In this document: positions 25,441 to 37,500 of the stretch, in pieces
Numbering within the stretch: position 1 is the first letter of the stretch
Layout of the letters: the number at the start of each line of letters is the position of its first letter
NCBI GenBank assembly: GCA_036172245.1
Contig: JAYWIR010000008.1
Location: 1 to 64,000 of the forward strand
Reading direction: 5' to 3'
Length of the DNA stretch: 64,000 nt
DNA from: Raillietiella orientalis
Lineage: Eukaryota
The notes under the pieces: generated by a model
Databases searched by the model: none
Told to the model about the DNA's origin: nothing
Seen by the model: only the letters and a program-made list of their open reading frames with translations
Position numbers and translations under genes: made by a program

Positions 25441-26013
25441 TTGCCACCCGGTCACGCCGGGGCGTTTATTATAAATTCTCTATAATTCGTGGTACGAGGC
25501 CCCACTACGGCGAACTCAACAGGACCTGCCGGGTCGCCGGTACGCAGACCAGCGCGACTCTCCTCGGCAGCGGAAGGGGGTGGGGGGAAAAACAAAAAGA
25601 AAAATAAAACATAAAAAACAAAAAGATTTTGGAGGGTTGGGGAGGGATCACTGACCACTGGGAGGAGGGTCCATCCTTTGCAGGATGCCCTCGAGGTCCG
25701 TCCGTATGGTTCCCAGGAGGGGCCATCTGGTCGCAATCCGCAGGTAGTGGACTGCAAGTACGACTGCATGCCTGTAGTGGCTCGGTCTTCTGACTTCGCT
25801 CCAGCACGTCACAATACCGCGTACGCAGCAAAGCGCAGCCAGGGCGGCGGCTGGTCGCAGGGCATCCTGCACGAACAGAAGCTGAGAAACGTCTCTGGGC
25901 TGGCTGCCCTCCTGGATCCGTACGGAGGCACGAAGACGTTCCCACAGGGGTCGGAGGGCAGCACAATCAACAAGGAGGTGGGAGAGGGTTTCTCGCTCCC
26001 CACACCTGATGCA
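25441..26013 (-). mobile_element. 5'-truncated element inserted antisense into an RT fragment, with 16-bp TSD
   Basis: GACGCGAAGTTGCTGG at 25425-25440 and 26014-26029. The target rejoins as WRPITVESEDAKLL/AKLSAERLG. Confidence 0.9.
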
Positions 26014-26094
26014 GACGCGAAGTTGCTGGCCAAGCTCTCAGCTGAGCGACTGGGACGGGTAGCGGAATTTGTGGTGTATGCATTAGTATGATGC

Positions 26095-26860
26095 GTGGAA
26101 TCGCCTCTTGCCGGCAGTTGCGTATAGCCTGTTGGAATGTCAACTGGCTGTGTAGCGAAGGCAAGAGGCGTAGCGTGGCCGACACCCAGCGACCTTTCGA
26201 CCTGGCACTTCTCCAATAGGTACACCTTCTCAGATGAGATGATGTCCAGGAGATCGAAAGCCTCAAAGGGGTAAGGCTACTTTGGTGATCAGGTGGAGAC
26301 CACTCCCGCGGAGTGGCCTTCCTGCTGAAGTCAGCCGTCGCTAATGCGATGCGCACTGTACAGTTCGACGAGGAAGGTCGAGTTTGGCAACTTGTTCTCA
26401 AGTGGTCCGACTCGATCGACCTCGTGGTCACGAACGTGTACGCGCCCAGCACCAGCCACAGGCACGGGGAACGCACTGCGTTCTTCGAAGGCTTGCGGCG
26501 AGACTGGTTGGCCGAAGCAGACGTGCGGCGTGCGCACCTGATAGCGGGCGACTTCAACGTCCGCCTTCTGTCTGAAGCGCCCGACATAAGAGCACAATTG
26601 GTCAACGAGATGTGTGGGGCGATGCACGCGCGCAATTTGTTGGCCGATGTAGCCGATGTAACGAAGAGAATCGACTACATGTTCCTTGACAACCATCTGT
26701 GCGCGCGGGTGGGGACTCGAGGAGCACTCGCGTCGGAGCTGTCCGATCACCCTCGGCTAGTGCTCAACATCCACTGGACAAGCGGAGCTGTGGGTTCTGC
26801 GTGTGCCAGGTGCGGGGAGCGGTAATCGCTCTCCCACCTCATTGTGGATTGTGGCATGGC
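26095..26860 (+). mobile_element. APE endonuclease fragment fused to a Zn-finger remnant
   Basis: IACWNVN, NVYAP, AGDFN, RIDY, LSDH, then CARCGER. Confidence 0.85.
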
Positions 26861-28329
26861 CGGGAGAGGTGTGAAGAAATGACCAAGGTGTTCATCCTGT
26901 GTATCGAGAGAAACAGGCGATGCCATCGCCTGTCGAGATGGTCTGGACCGAGAGCTTGCCTCCCCGTCACCGGACATCTTCCGCACGGAGCATTCACAGC
27001 GTAGTTCGGTTCGGGAGCCACGGAAAGAATTTCCGTTCCGCGGTTCTGCTTGCAGCAAAGTTAGCTTCATCAGCACCACAAGGAAAAGAACCCCCTTTTC
27101 CCTGACCCCATCTGCATCATCTCTTTTCCATGCAGTCCTTGAGAGAGCGGTCATCCCAAAGGGTCTGCATGCCAAGAAGTGCGCCCCAGTGAGGGACGGA
27201 TTACAATTCGGTTTCCGTCGTGTTCACCAAGTACCATCCTTAAGAAATGGTAGCCGAGCGGCCCAACGCCCCTCAGCAGACACGCGAACCTGCAGCATCG
27301 AAGTCCACCCATATGCGCTTCCGATGCCTGCATGCTGCGAATGAAACCGTTCCCGAGTTCTTCAGTCGAGTGACCGAGTTCTTCCAGCTCCGGAGGAACC
27401 CAAGTGCTCCCGTCGTCTCACGGAACACTTCCATATTCTGGGGCTATCTGCTTAACGCTTTATCGCAACAACAGGCAGAGAATCGCAGCTTCCGATAAGC
27501 AGCTGCTGGCAAACTGAAAAACGAAAATTCCTATTCTCATGTACGATGGGTGCCTCTTAGAAATGTACACTTAATCGGTACATCGATATCGAATTCTCGG
27601 AATATTTTCATCAAAGGATCAGCACCCTCAAAGAACTATGCACGCATAGGTTTCGATACATATCGTTTCAAGCGTCGACATCGCAGGACACGGGCAGCTG
27701 AGGCAAGAAGTGTGGGGCTGCTCGCCAGCAGTTGCGGTTCCCGCCGGTGAGCAACGCGATATCTGCAGCCTTGCGACGGGTAACTCAAAAGATGCGATTC
27801 GTCCCTCTCGGCCTGAATGAAGGGCAGCACCGCGATGTTGCTCACATTCTTCCCGGACTCCACCGTAGATGGAGTACGCCGGCTTCCTGGTGGCGTCATG
27901 CCCTCTCTGGCGATGGTGGTCATAGGGATTTTTGAGTAGCGCGACCGAAGGGGAGTGTCACTTTGGCGCGTGTTTGCACGACGTGCACGAGAGCGGCAGC
28001 GCTAGTCCATTAGCCGACACTGGAAACGGGAGGCCCGGAGAAAGACATGCGACGCTGGTGCGCCCTGAACACGTGCTTTGCGCTCTCTCGAAACTCTCAG
28101 TTGACGGTCGACGGACGCTCTTCTCTCTCGGATGAGGGCGCTTCGATCCAATAGGCGATCAGTACAGCTATCCTCAGCAAAGCCCTCAAGCAGCGCGGAC
28201 ACAATGCGGGCTTTCATCGTTTCTTTCCTTGGTACTTGAAAGGATGAGGAACGAAGGACTGCGGACCCGGCGTTGACCGCTCACGCAAATTTGCCTCGGC
28301 ATACCTCTGGCAACAGCAGCACGACCCGC

Positions 28330-29150
28330 ATCGGAGACTGAGAAGCTGTGGCTTCCTCGCCTGTCGGAATGGGCTGCAGGTTCGAATCCCCCACGTGGAG
28401 GATCGACGTCGAGCAGTGCGTGAGTCTTGATTTTCGAGCTACATCCCAAGTTGACGCTGGTTGCCCAGCCGGATTCGGATGCAGTGACACTGGTGGAGGA
28501 GGCTGGAAACCCCCGGGCACCCCGATGAGCGTTTGGGATGGCAAGTTTATCTTCCGGTGTCCTTCCGGGAACCAAGGTGTCGGTTCCCTTCTGGAATTCC
28601 CTCCGGTTACGCACATGGAGTCGGTAGAGCGATGCCTCTCCAGAATGTGAAGAAGTGCGCTGCTCTTTTCGGGAGCAATCCTCTAGAGAAAACCGGGAAG
28701 CGTCCCTTCGAAGTTCTTCTCAGAGGAGGAAACAAGGAGCGGTTCCGTGACGGGTTCCCTACGGTCAAGAAATTTCAAGAACGGATCCTTTCCGGATACC
28801 CTTGCGTTTTTGGAGAAGAAACGATTTTCCACTCCCCTCTCACACTCGTGCGGAGAATCTGGCTGCTTCCGGATACTTTTTTGTAGATGTCTCCTCTGAC
28901 CTTCAATCCCGAGGCGAGGATCTCAAGATTCCGCTCCACCCGGAATGTCGAGTCCGTCCATGGACGGCACCGCCCTCCCGAATGGATGCATAGGGCGACT
29001 GGAAGATGTCTGAAATTTTTTTCCTTTGCCCCTCTCGCTTTGCCACCATCCTTTGGGAAGTGGTCTCTTTGGATATTCATTCATTTCTTTGCGTTTACCC
29101 GGCTGCCCTCCTTCATTCCGCTGAGGGGAACCCTGGAGGGAAAAATAAAT
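28330..29150 (+). repeat. Unnamed dispersed repeat family, copy 2
   Basis: Blocks reading FESPTWRIDVEQCVSLDF, WDGKFIFRCPSGNQG and GKRPFEVLLRGGNKER. Confidence 0.7.
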
Positions 29151-29699
29151 AAATTTCGCGCATCAACCTAAGTCTAACTCCATATGCGAATACGTATTTC
29201 AAGGAGATAATCGACGCGCATGTATTTATTTCGCATGACCTTCATGACATGCAACAACCAGATTGTGAATTCACGTACCCATTGGCACGATGAACGCATG
29301 CACATATCCCGAAGATCCTTCGGGATTATTATTGGTCGTTCGGGATTCCGGTGCCGAGCCGCTGCGGGCGCGCCCCGCGATCCGCCGGCTCAAAGGTTGC
29401 TCCAGCCGCCACCGTCGCCATCAGCGGACGGACTGCAGATGTTACTTCGGAAAGCCCGTTGCTCTCTCTGACTGTTGGCCGAAGCCGGGAAATCTCTTCC
29501 GCGGCTCCTCTTCTCTTTCCCCTCCCCCTTCCCCCGGTTGGGCAATCCTCGTTGAGCAACACCGCTTGCAACCTGCCGTTCCCCCCATGCGGTGGAGTGG
29601 CACCTGGAGAGAGAGCTTCACTTGAGCCTGGCCTCGTTGCCGGTTTCCGACATGTCCTTCGCCGCCATCCTAGTCTGTCGCAACAGATCATTTATGTCT

Positions 29700-30130
29700 G
29701 ATTGCTGGAGGGACCCATCCGTTGCTGGGGAGTAGGTGAGGCGTCCCCCTCCCCTCATCCCACGTGAGCGACATGTGCCACGTTGCCAGCGCTTCCCACC
29801 CGTCTGGTTCGCACCTCAGGAACCAAGGCTCAACAAAACACTCGGGAGAGGAGCCCCCGAGGAAAGTATCAACCACATCCATTCGTACAACTCGAAAAGA
29901 ACACTGAGGGGAAGCGGCTGCGTGATTTCTGAAAGGACCCCGCAAGGTCGCATTCCAATCCCGGCCCCAGCCAGCGGGAACATGCAGTTTCCAACGCACA
30001 CGCACGCGCATCCCTCCAGCGCGTGGGCTACTAACGCCATCTTGTGGGGGGAGGGACCGAAACTCGAAACCCATGACGCACTGTCCATTTCTAGGGGTCG
30101 CTCCCTTACTTGAGAATTCGCACCCGGAAC
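29700..30130 (-). repeat. Unnamed dispersed repeat family, copy 3 (partial)
   Basis: RDWNATLRGPFRNH block and a cgacccctagaaatgg..gtgcgtc block homologous to 34200-34340 (minus). Confidence 0.6.
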
Positions 30131-30479
30131 TCCGACTGAACACGAGCGCTGAAGCCGCACGGCCGCCACCGCAGACGACGCTGCTCCCGTGGCATTTCCC
30201 GTTTCCACGTGTGGGTCCAGAAGATCCGTAGCTGCACCCATTCAAACAGGAAATGGGATCTTCTGCCTCTTGAGAATTCTCGCGCCGGTGCGAGTTCCCC
30301 AAACATGACCTCGACACCCCACCCCCTACAGTTGGCCTTCCAAGTTCCCATAGATCGCCCCGTCTCCTGCAAGATGGCCTCACCTGGAAGAAAGAGGAAA
30401 GCAGATCGCCGGCATCCACCGCCGGTTGATAAACAGTTAAAAACGACGGACCCCGGTAAACCTTGAAAGCCTCTTCTCA

Positions 30480-30796
30480 CCTTTTATTTATTTTATTTCA
30501 TTTCATTTATTTATTTATTTATGTTGTTTCATTCCCCATCCCCGTTTGCTCCGCAACTCCTCAGGTGTTTTTGTTTTTATCCCAGTGCCTTCCGGAGCAA
30601 ACCCAAAGACCTCGTCCAAACTCACCGCATTGAACTTTCTTCTTGCTGCCCTTGATCCCCCACCCCGTTTCGAACTCCCGTTATCCCAACCTGAGTGCCG
30701 GTGGACTCTCCTTTTTGCTTGTTTTCTCGTGGGTTGGAAACAAAGTTCCCAACCGGTTTATTTTCATGAATCCCTGGCGTGATCGGATGAGAAATC
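30480..30796 (+). mobile_element. Solo 3'UTR (subfamily B) with terminus
   Basis: tttatcccagtgcct..ccaaagac and ttcccaac.ggtttatttt are shared with 8680-8890. Confidence 0.75.
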
Positions 30797-32452
30797 TCCG
30801 TCTCCTGGAAATCGCGAGAACCCCTTCGAGCGTATCGTTGCTAAGGAGGACGCGGGAGGTCTCCCTAGCACCCGTCCCTCCTACCCGCCGTGCGAGAGTC
30901 CCGCCTGCAGGCAGAAGAGCAGCTCCCCAGCCGAAAGACGACGTCCCGGATTTCCAGGCAAGTGCTGTCACTGGTGACACGTCGGCCCTCCATCGCTACT
31001 TCCCCGCTTCTTCCCGTGCCGTCTATCCGCGCCTCCCGTGTCTTAGCTGCGAGTGGGAGACCCTAGCCGTGGGCAAGGATTCCATCTCGGGCGAGGACGG
31101 GTGGCCGGCCGGCGGGGTGCGACGCGCTAGTCTCCTGGGAAGTGGGATGCGGTCTACTGAGTGCGTGGCTGGAGTGTCCCATCCCGAGTGACCCAGCAGC
31201 GCGAGCATGGGTGGGTGGACGACGCCGGATTTGCTTGGCGCTCCGCGGTTCTGCGCGTTTCCTGTGACGACACTTGCGACGAAGGGAGCACTATCATCCC
31301 CGTCAAGGGAGGTGAGCCGGAAGGCAGGAGTGCTGGTGGAGGTTGCAGAACGGTTGCGGCGCTGATTCAGCGTCGCGGTTTCCATGGAGCCACCAGTCAC
31401 ACGAAACTCACGTAGCTTCCTTGATGCACCGAGGGCGCCATCTGTGGGTCTCCAGGGGGATGGATGCCCCCAGCATTCAAGATTCATCCTTCACAAATAT
31501 CTACTTGAGAAAGCGAAAATGCATTCCAGATCTTCGCGTGTTTCTTTTTTTCCTTCCTTTTCCTTCTCGTGTCCTTGGCAACACCACACACGACTGTATC
31601 CGGGAATGTCGCCGTTTTCATTTATAATGAGCTGCAACCTTCAGAAATGCAGTGCGAGCATCTCGTCCCTCGCTAGAAGAGGACCCGAACTCAGGTGACG
31701 CTTCCGAAGACCTCCCTCTTCCCTCTCTCCCGGGACCTGAGCGGACCCCGAAGCGGACCAGACCTTTCGAGAGCTCCCGGCAAACAGGGTCCTGCAGGAC
31801 GCGCTGCCTGCGCCCAGCGCATTTGCTGCTGCCGTCCCGTCGTCGCCTTCCGTCCCAGAACTCCCGTTTTCCCGAATGACTGAGGTTCCTCGCTCCTCCC
31901 CTGTTCCAGGAAGCGCGGCGTAGCCGCTGCTTCCCCACTGGGGCGTGCGCCAAAACGCGCGCTCCGCTCTTCAGTTCGGTCGCGTGCTGGTCGCCCTCCA
32001 CTCCTACCCTTCTCCCCATTTCCGTAGAACGAGCACAACATACGGATCTGCTTTCCAAGCCACACGATGGAGGGGGAGCGAGGGGGGAAGGAACGCTGCG
32101 GACCTTGTCCTGAAACTTCGATGCCGGCTCGAGGCGCTGTCGGAACACCAGGGTAGCGGGTCCGCACGGGCTGGTGGCCTAGTTTCGCGACCCCCCGCGC
32201 AAGCAGCGCGAGCAAGAACGGCGGAGCGTCTCCATCTTGCACGGTCCGCTGCTCCGCGGACGCGCCGTCATCCGCGAGGCTGTCAAAGCCAACGCTACGA
32301 AACTCAGCTGTTCCCTCCACTGCTCGCCTCCTTGGCAACGTCTCTGAGCTCGCGCGCGCTTCCCACGCCCTCCTCTCCGAAACAGACCGACCTTCGCATC
32401 TCCCAGCCAGGAAGCACCCCTACGGCGACCGACCCGCTTGATCCCGCTGCAG

Positions 32453-33363
32453 ATGAGAAGTTTTTCGGCGTCAGCATCGGGCAGTCTTCTGTCCAAGGCC
32501 ATCCTTGCCATCACCATCGCTACGGCCTGTCCAAGGTAAAATGGGAATCCACGAGTCCCGGTGCGCTTCCTGGTCGGTCGTCTCGTGTTCCAGGAGGCAG
32601 CAGCAAAGGGCTTTCAATCCAGGGGAACTCGAGAGGAAGACGCTCAGCGGCAGTGGGGTGGGGCGCAAAGGGGCGCTAGCGGCCTCCTTCACCAACGGCT
32701 TTCATAGTGCCATCGCACAAGCGCCGTCGCCAGGGAGAGAGACCCTTTTCTCCCAGCCCGCGGGAGCGCGTCGTCCTTGGGCGTTCCCTTCTTCTGGATG
32801 TGTGATCACTGTCTGCTCTCTTCCAGATGCATCGAGGCGACCTCCCCGGCGTGGCGGCTGAAGGAGGAGGGATGGACGGGCAGCAGCGTGGCCGTAGAAG
32901 TGTCCCGGACCGTGGATGGGGTGAGGAGGAATCGGCAACTCGCGGGCGTTCACAAGGGGAACGCAACGTGGGCACGGAACCACCTCAGCGGCGACCTCTT
33001 CGAGGGGGTTGGTGCGCAGCGCGCATACCCGGGGAAAGCGGAGCAGCCGACTTCTGGTACAGGGCGGGGCAGCGCCCTCCGCCGCCGACCTGACGTCCGG
33101 AACGCGTCTCCTCCGCCTTGACGCGCGCCACCCCCGTTTCTCCCTCAGGACCTTTCGCGCCGGTCCTGTCCGTATTGAAGAGGCGATCTCGAACGCCGAT
33201 GGCCATGCGTTTGCTTTCGCGCGCGCCGTACTCCGCCCGCAGACTGAACATCCCTGACTGGCGCCACTTGGCGCTGGCGCACGAGTGGCCATCGGACGGC
33301 CTCCTGGAGCTCGAGAGGCTGGGAAAACGAGCCGGACGCTTCTGTGCTCGAGGGAAGGATTGA
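32453..33363 (+). CDS. Candidate 3-exon gene for a 175-aa secreted protein (exons 32453-32535, 32827-33056, 33149-33363)
   Basis: Signal-peptide-like start MRSFSASASGSLLSKAILAITIATAC; GT-AG introns with pyrimidine-rich acceptors; phases match; 528 nt open. No homolog recognised. Confidence 0.4.
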
Positions 33364-33649
33364 AAGGGAGGCGGGTTGCCGGAGAGTTGGTGAACCGCGA
33401 TACCAGGTGTCTTTGTTGGTTGCAGGCACTGCATATCCCGGTGGAAGTGGGGACACCCCCCCAGGCCCTGTCCGTGTCCGTAAACAACCACCAAAACATA
33501 GTGTGGGTGTTGTCAAGTGACTGCGCCGCTCGCACATGCCGTAGGTACGCCCGCCTGGGGGTGAGCACGCGTCAGCCCATCCTTCTTAGGAGGGCGCCAC
33601 AGATACCACGCCGAGCCTTCGGGAAGGATCGTCCCTGGAGAGGACTTTT

Positions 33650-34380
33650 ATTTTGTCGATTACATCATCACGTTCGGAGGATGCACTCTAGAGGGCTCCA
33701 TGGTTAAAGACCAGATTAAGGTAGGAGAGGGGAGGGGGAAACGCAGATGTGCGCGCGCGCGGGTCGCGATATCCAGACGAGTGGGGTCTCCGGATCAGGG
33801 GACGCAGCACTTCGACTCCGGGACGGTAGACGAATCCGTCCACCGTCCCGGAGAACCACCCTATGGATCCAGGGAGGGCTCCGAAGAAAGGAATCCGTCC
33901 CATCCACGCTTGGTAGGGGTCCTCGGAGGGATCATCCTCCTTATTCCTTTCCGGAGGGATCCTCACAGGGGGGCGAGTCTTGTTTCTTCCTCTTCTGAAG
34001 AGGATCTCGAAGGGACGCTTCCCGATTTTCTCTAAAGGTCGCTCCTCAAAGGGAGAAGCCCACTTCTTGCTCTCTGGAGAAATACCAGTTCACCAGCATC
34101 ATGGTACGAGATGCAGGGGGTCTCCCCGAGGAAGGGGAACGGCTCCATTTGCACTATCAGAGGGAGGGAACCACGAAGGACTCCTTGATTCCTGGAAGGA
34201 CCACGGAAGGTCAGCTTCCAATCCCCGACGGTCACCAATGCTCCCCGATCCGGAGCCTGTAGGCCAATCGGAGTCCTCTTGTGAAGGGAATTCAAACTCA
34301 AGACGCACCCATTTCTGGGCGTCGATCCTTCTCCCATGCAGGATTCGAACCCGCGACTCCTCGTGCCGCGCGCACGGAAG
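33650..34380 (-). repeat. Unnamed dispersed repeat family, copy 4, with a 17-bp hairpin at 33816-33853
   Basis: RIDAQKWVRLEF, GDWKLTFRGPSRNQG and KIGKRPFEILFRRG blocks. Confidence 0.7.
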
Positions 34381-34824
34381 CCTTAGCCACGTGGCCTTCC
34401 TTACCCTGAAGGTGCTCTCGCAGTAAACGAACACGGTCGCTGCGGACACGCGGAACCCGCGCCAAGTCTTCGTGCCGGTGCGCGTCCTCCTTAATCCTAC
34501 AATGAAGCCTTCGGAACTCTCGCGAGCAATGAGTGAGGAGGCGTTGCCGCGGAACGCGCGCCCCCGCATACGGGGTTTCGTTTTCCGGGTGGCTACATCT
34601 CGACCTTCCAACCTTCTCACATCGTGAGGACGGAGCGGCCGTTCCTCTCGCCCCAGCTACCCTCCCTCGCCTCGCCCCTACCTCGCTCGCGAGATGGGAA
34701 GGTGTCCCGGAAGGGAAAGAGGAGCGCACTGGCGAGGAGGATTCAGTGGCCTCGCGGCGTCTCCTTTTCCGGAAGCGCCGCCGCCTCGTTATACTGGAGC
34801 GCACCTCTTCACCCATCCTTCCAG

Positions 34825-35871
34825 GTAGGCGGCCTCGTCCTGCCCGCCGTGGAATTCGGGAGCGTCGAGAGGGTCTCTCCCGACCGAGGGATGGTTGCGG
34901 ACGGGATGCTGGGCCTGAACGTCCCCAACCCGGGGGAGCCTTCGTTGCTGCCAATCATCAGGGAAAAGGGGCGCCTCGCCCCGATCTATTCTTTCAGCCT
35001 GCCAAGGTATGGCACGAGCGTCGCGAGCTGCGCGTGCGCTCAAGGGGGGAGGGGGGTTGCGCTGCTCCTCTGCCGCCGCAGCATCTCCGGCGGTGCCTTG
35101 TGTGCCAGCTGGCATGGGCTGGTGGCTGAGCGCGCGGCGGCCGTCGTCTGCCCGGTGAGGAGAAGGGACGCCGAGTGACCTTCCAGGAACACTTCCTCCG
35201 GGGGGCAGCTCCTGTTTGGCGCCACCAACCCCGATCTGCACGAAGGAAAAATCACTTACCATGACGTCATAAACTCCAGTTCCCACTGGCAGCTCAGGAT
35301 GGATAGGTGAGGGCCCATCTTCGCAGCTTCCCTTTACCTCCTCCTCCTCCCCCCTACACACGCACGCTCACACACTTGTGCTAGGGTATCCTTCAACGGG
35401 AAGATTCTGTGCGAAAGGAACTGCCAGGCGCAGGTGATGATCGGGGCCGAGCTCTCGGGCTTCAAGGAGAAAGTGAAAACGGTCGTCAAGGAGCTGGGCT
35501 CGGAGTCGCACGTTTCCCTCTACTCCGACATCGTAAGAGGGGACGGACGGACTCTTGCAATTTACCAACGCGGGCTGTCTCCAAGGTGCCCTGTCGAGAT
35601 GCCTACCCCCGGTTCGAGTTCCACATCGGAGACTCCCTCTACACCTTGGAGGGTGAATACTACATCGAACAGGTAGGTCGGGACGGTCAGCGGGACTCCC
35701 GTTGCTCAGCGACCTCTCCCGGCGAAGGTCGGCAGCGAGTGCTTCTCGCACATAAGGAGAACAGGCGCAAACAAAAACCTGTGGTACCTCGGCGACCAGT
35801 TCCTCCTCAAGTATTACGTCACGTTCAACTACGAAAGCATGACCATCGGTCTGGCTAAACGGAAGGACTGA
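34825..35871 (+). CDS. Pepsin/cathepsin-D family (A1) aspartic protease homolog, last five exons (34825-35006, 35187-35306, 35385-35532, 35586-35672, 35728-35871); second DTG replaced by MIG
   Basis: The spliced frame is open: DGMLGL..IYSFSLPR|..GGQLLFG..WQLRMDR|..CERNCQAQVMIG..|VPC..FHIG..YYIEQ|..WYLGDQFLLKYYVTFNYESMTIGLA*. Intron positions match the classic pepsin-family exon 5-9 layout. No N-terminal exons found. Confidence 0.85.
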
Positions 35872-36189
35872 TGCGCCGTGAGGAAGACCCTCCGGAACTC
35901 CCTCCCTCGGGTGCAAAGGCGGCGAGAAGCAGTCTTCACACCTGGGCCGCTTGCTTGCTCGGCCTCTGTAGGCGCACGAAGGAACAAGAGAAGCGTTCTA
36001 GGCCTTCTGGGTCCTCTCTTTCTGGCTTCGGAACATCGGGGCTCCCGCTCTTACGGGATTTAGGCATCTGCGCTCGGGAACGGTGCCTTTCGGGACGATG
36101 AACCCAACCCGCTTCCGTAAACACAGAAGACGGAAGCGCGGGCGAAGCCCGCGTTGGGGGCCTCGTTCGAGTTTTCCCCTCAAGATGAC

Positions 36190-36580
36190 AATGGCTGGCA
36201 CATGGATTTCAGGAAGCGACCCTTCGAGGTCCTCTTCAGAAAAGGAGGAAACAAGGGGCGGTACGCTTGCGGGTGCCCTGTGGGGAAAACGGGGAAGACG
36301 GTTCTGTTCGGAGACGATCACAATCCATCAGCCCAATCCAACATCCTGCGTTCTTTCTTTTTCCCATCACTTGCTTCCCAGCGTAGAGACCGGCAGAAGA
36401 AATGTGCTAACGGAGAGGAGCCTTCGGGAGGGCGGTGCCGTCCACGGACGGACTCGACATTCCGGGTGGAGCAGAATGCCGAGATCCTCGACGTCGGAGA
36501 GCGACGCCTCGTTGAGGGACGGACGACGTCCCGAAGAAGTCGCGGAGGTTTGAACTCGTTTACGCCGGGATCTTTATTTT
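36190..36580 (+). repeat. Unnamed dispersed repeat family, copy 5
   Basis: RKRPFEVLFRKGGNKGR; 36423-36490 is the reverse complement of 28915-28982. Confidence 0.7.
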
Positions 36581-36660
36581 GAAAAATAAGACCTAATGAA
36601 CTACAAGTTAGAAGGGAAAGGCCGTTTCTCAACAAACAAGAAACGGCCAGAAAAAATAGA

Positions 36661-37500
36661 GTTTCATCCGGGATACACTCGGGCACTTAGGCCGCCTTCG
36701 AAAAACTAAGGAACAAAGCCAGGGGACAATAGATAAATAAAAAAAGACGGGAGGGTCTCCAACGAGAAACATTCTATAATTTTCAGAAGCAACTGTAGAT
36801 GGTGGCGACGTCCCTGGAGACTTCTTTCTGGCAGGTGAGGCCACCTGACTGCTGTCCTCACAAGGACTGCTGTCGCCATGCTCTCTTCGCCGCGAACTCG
36901 ATTCCAACACGTTGCCCGCCCCAATCCGTAGGCCCGCACCTGAAGCACCTCGGGAAGGCAACTCCCTGGAAACCAGACGTGTGCGCTGATAGCATTGCAA
37001 TCTTTCCTGTGCAGAAACAGGAGAGCATCCTGTTACCGGCGTAGCGGGAACACGGAGCTGTCCGCGCAAAGACAAGAGACCACGAGTTCTTCGGGGAGGC
37101 ACATCAAGCAGGTCACCGCCGCCCTCATTGCACGACGGACTTCTCCGGGGACTCGGCATCGAGTAGGCTCTAAGGCTGTTTGCTTGGATCCCTTCGACCG
37201 GAGCCAGCTTGCCCAGTCCACATCAGAGCTCCGGGATCTCGTTGGAGACTTTGCTACCACCGCCAAGACCTGAGCCGACGGCGGCTCGAGACGAGTTCGC
37301 GCCCGCACCCTTCTGCGCGCACCGTCGCGACTTTCCCGCTCGCCGACGAACACGTTGTCCTCCGGAACGCGTCCGGAGGGGATCTGGAACGCCTGTCCCG
37401 GCGGTCGGGAGCAGGCTCGACGCTTGAACGCCATCCATCTTCAGGGCCGATAGGTGAGTCGCTACCGGCGCTCCTTGGAGGATTCCTGCTGCCATGGCCA
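36661..37500 (-). mobile_element. Degenerate ORF2 C-terminus and 3' end with a variant terminus at 36661-36686
   Basis: PEELVVSCLCADSSVFPL resembles PLEQIVVPPVCLDSSVFPL at 8090-8150. Confidence 0.7.

Noticed and set aside
26860..28300. Coding-looking GC-rich stretches
   Set aside because: No consistent frame, splice model or family could be assigned.
34825..35871. Aspartic protease as an LTR-retrotransposon protease
   Set aside because: It has pepsin-type (A1) C-lobe motifs and spliceosomal introns, not a retropepsin.
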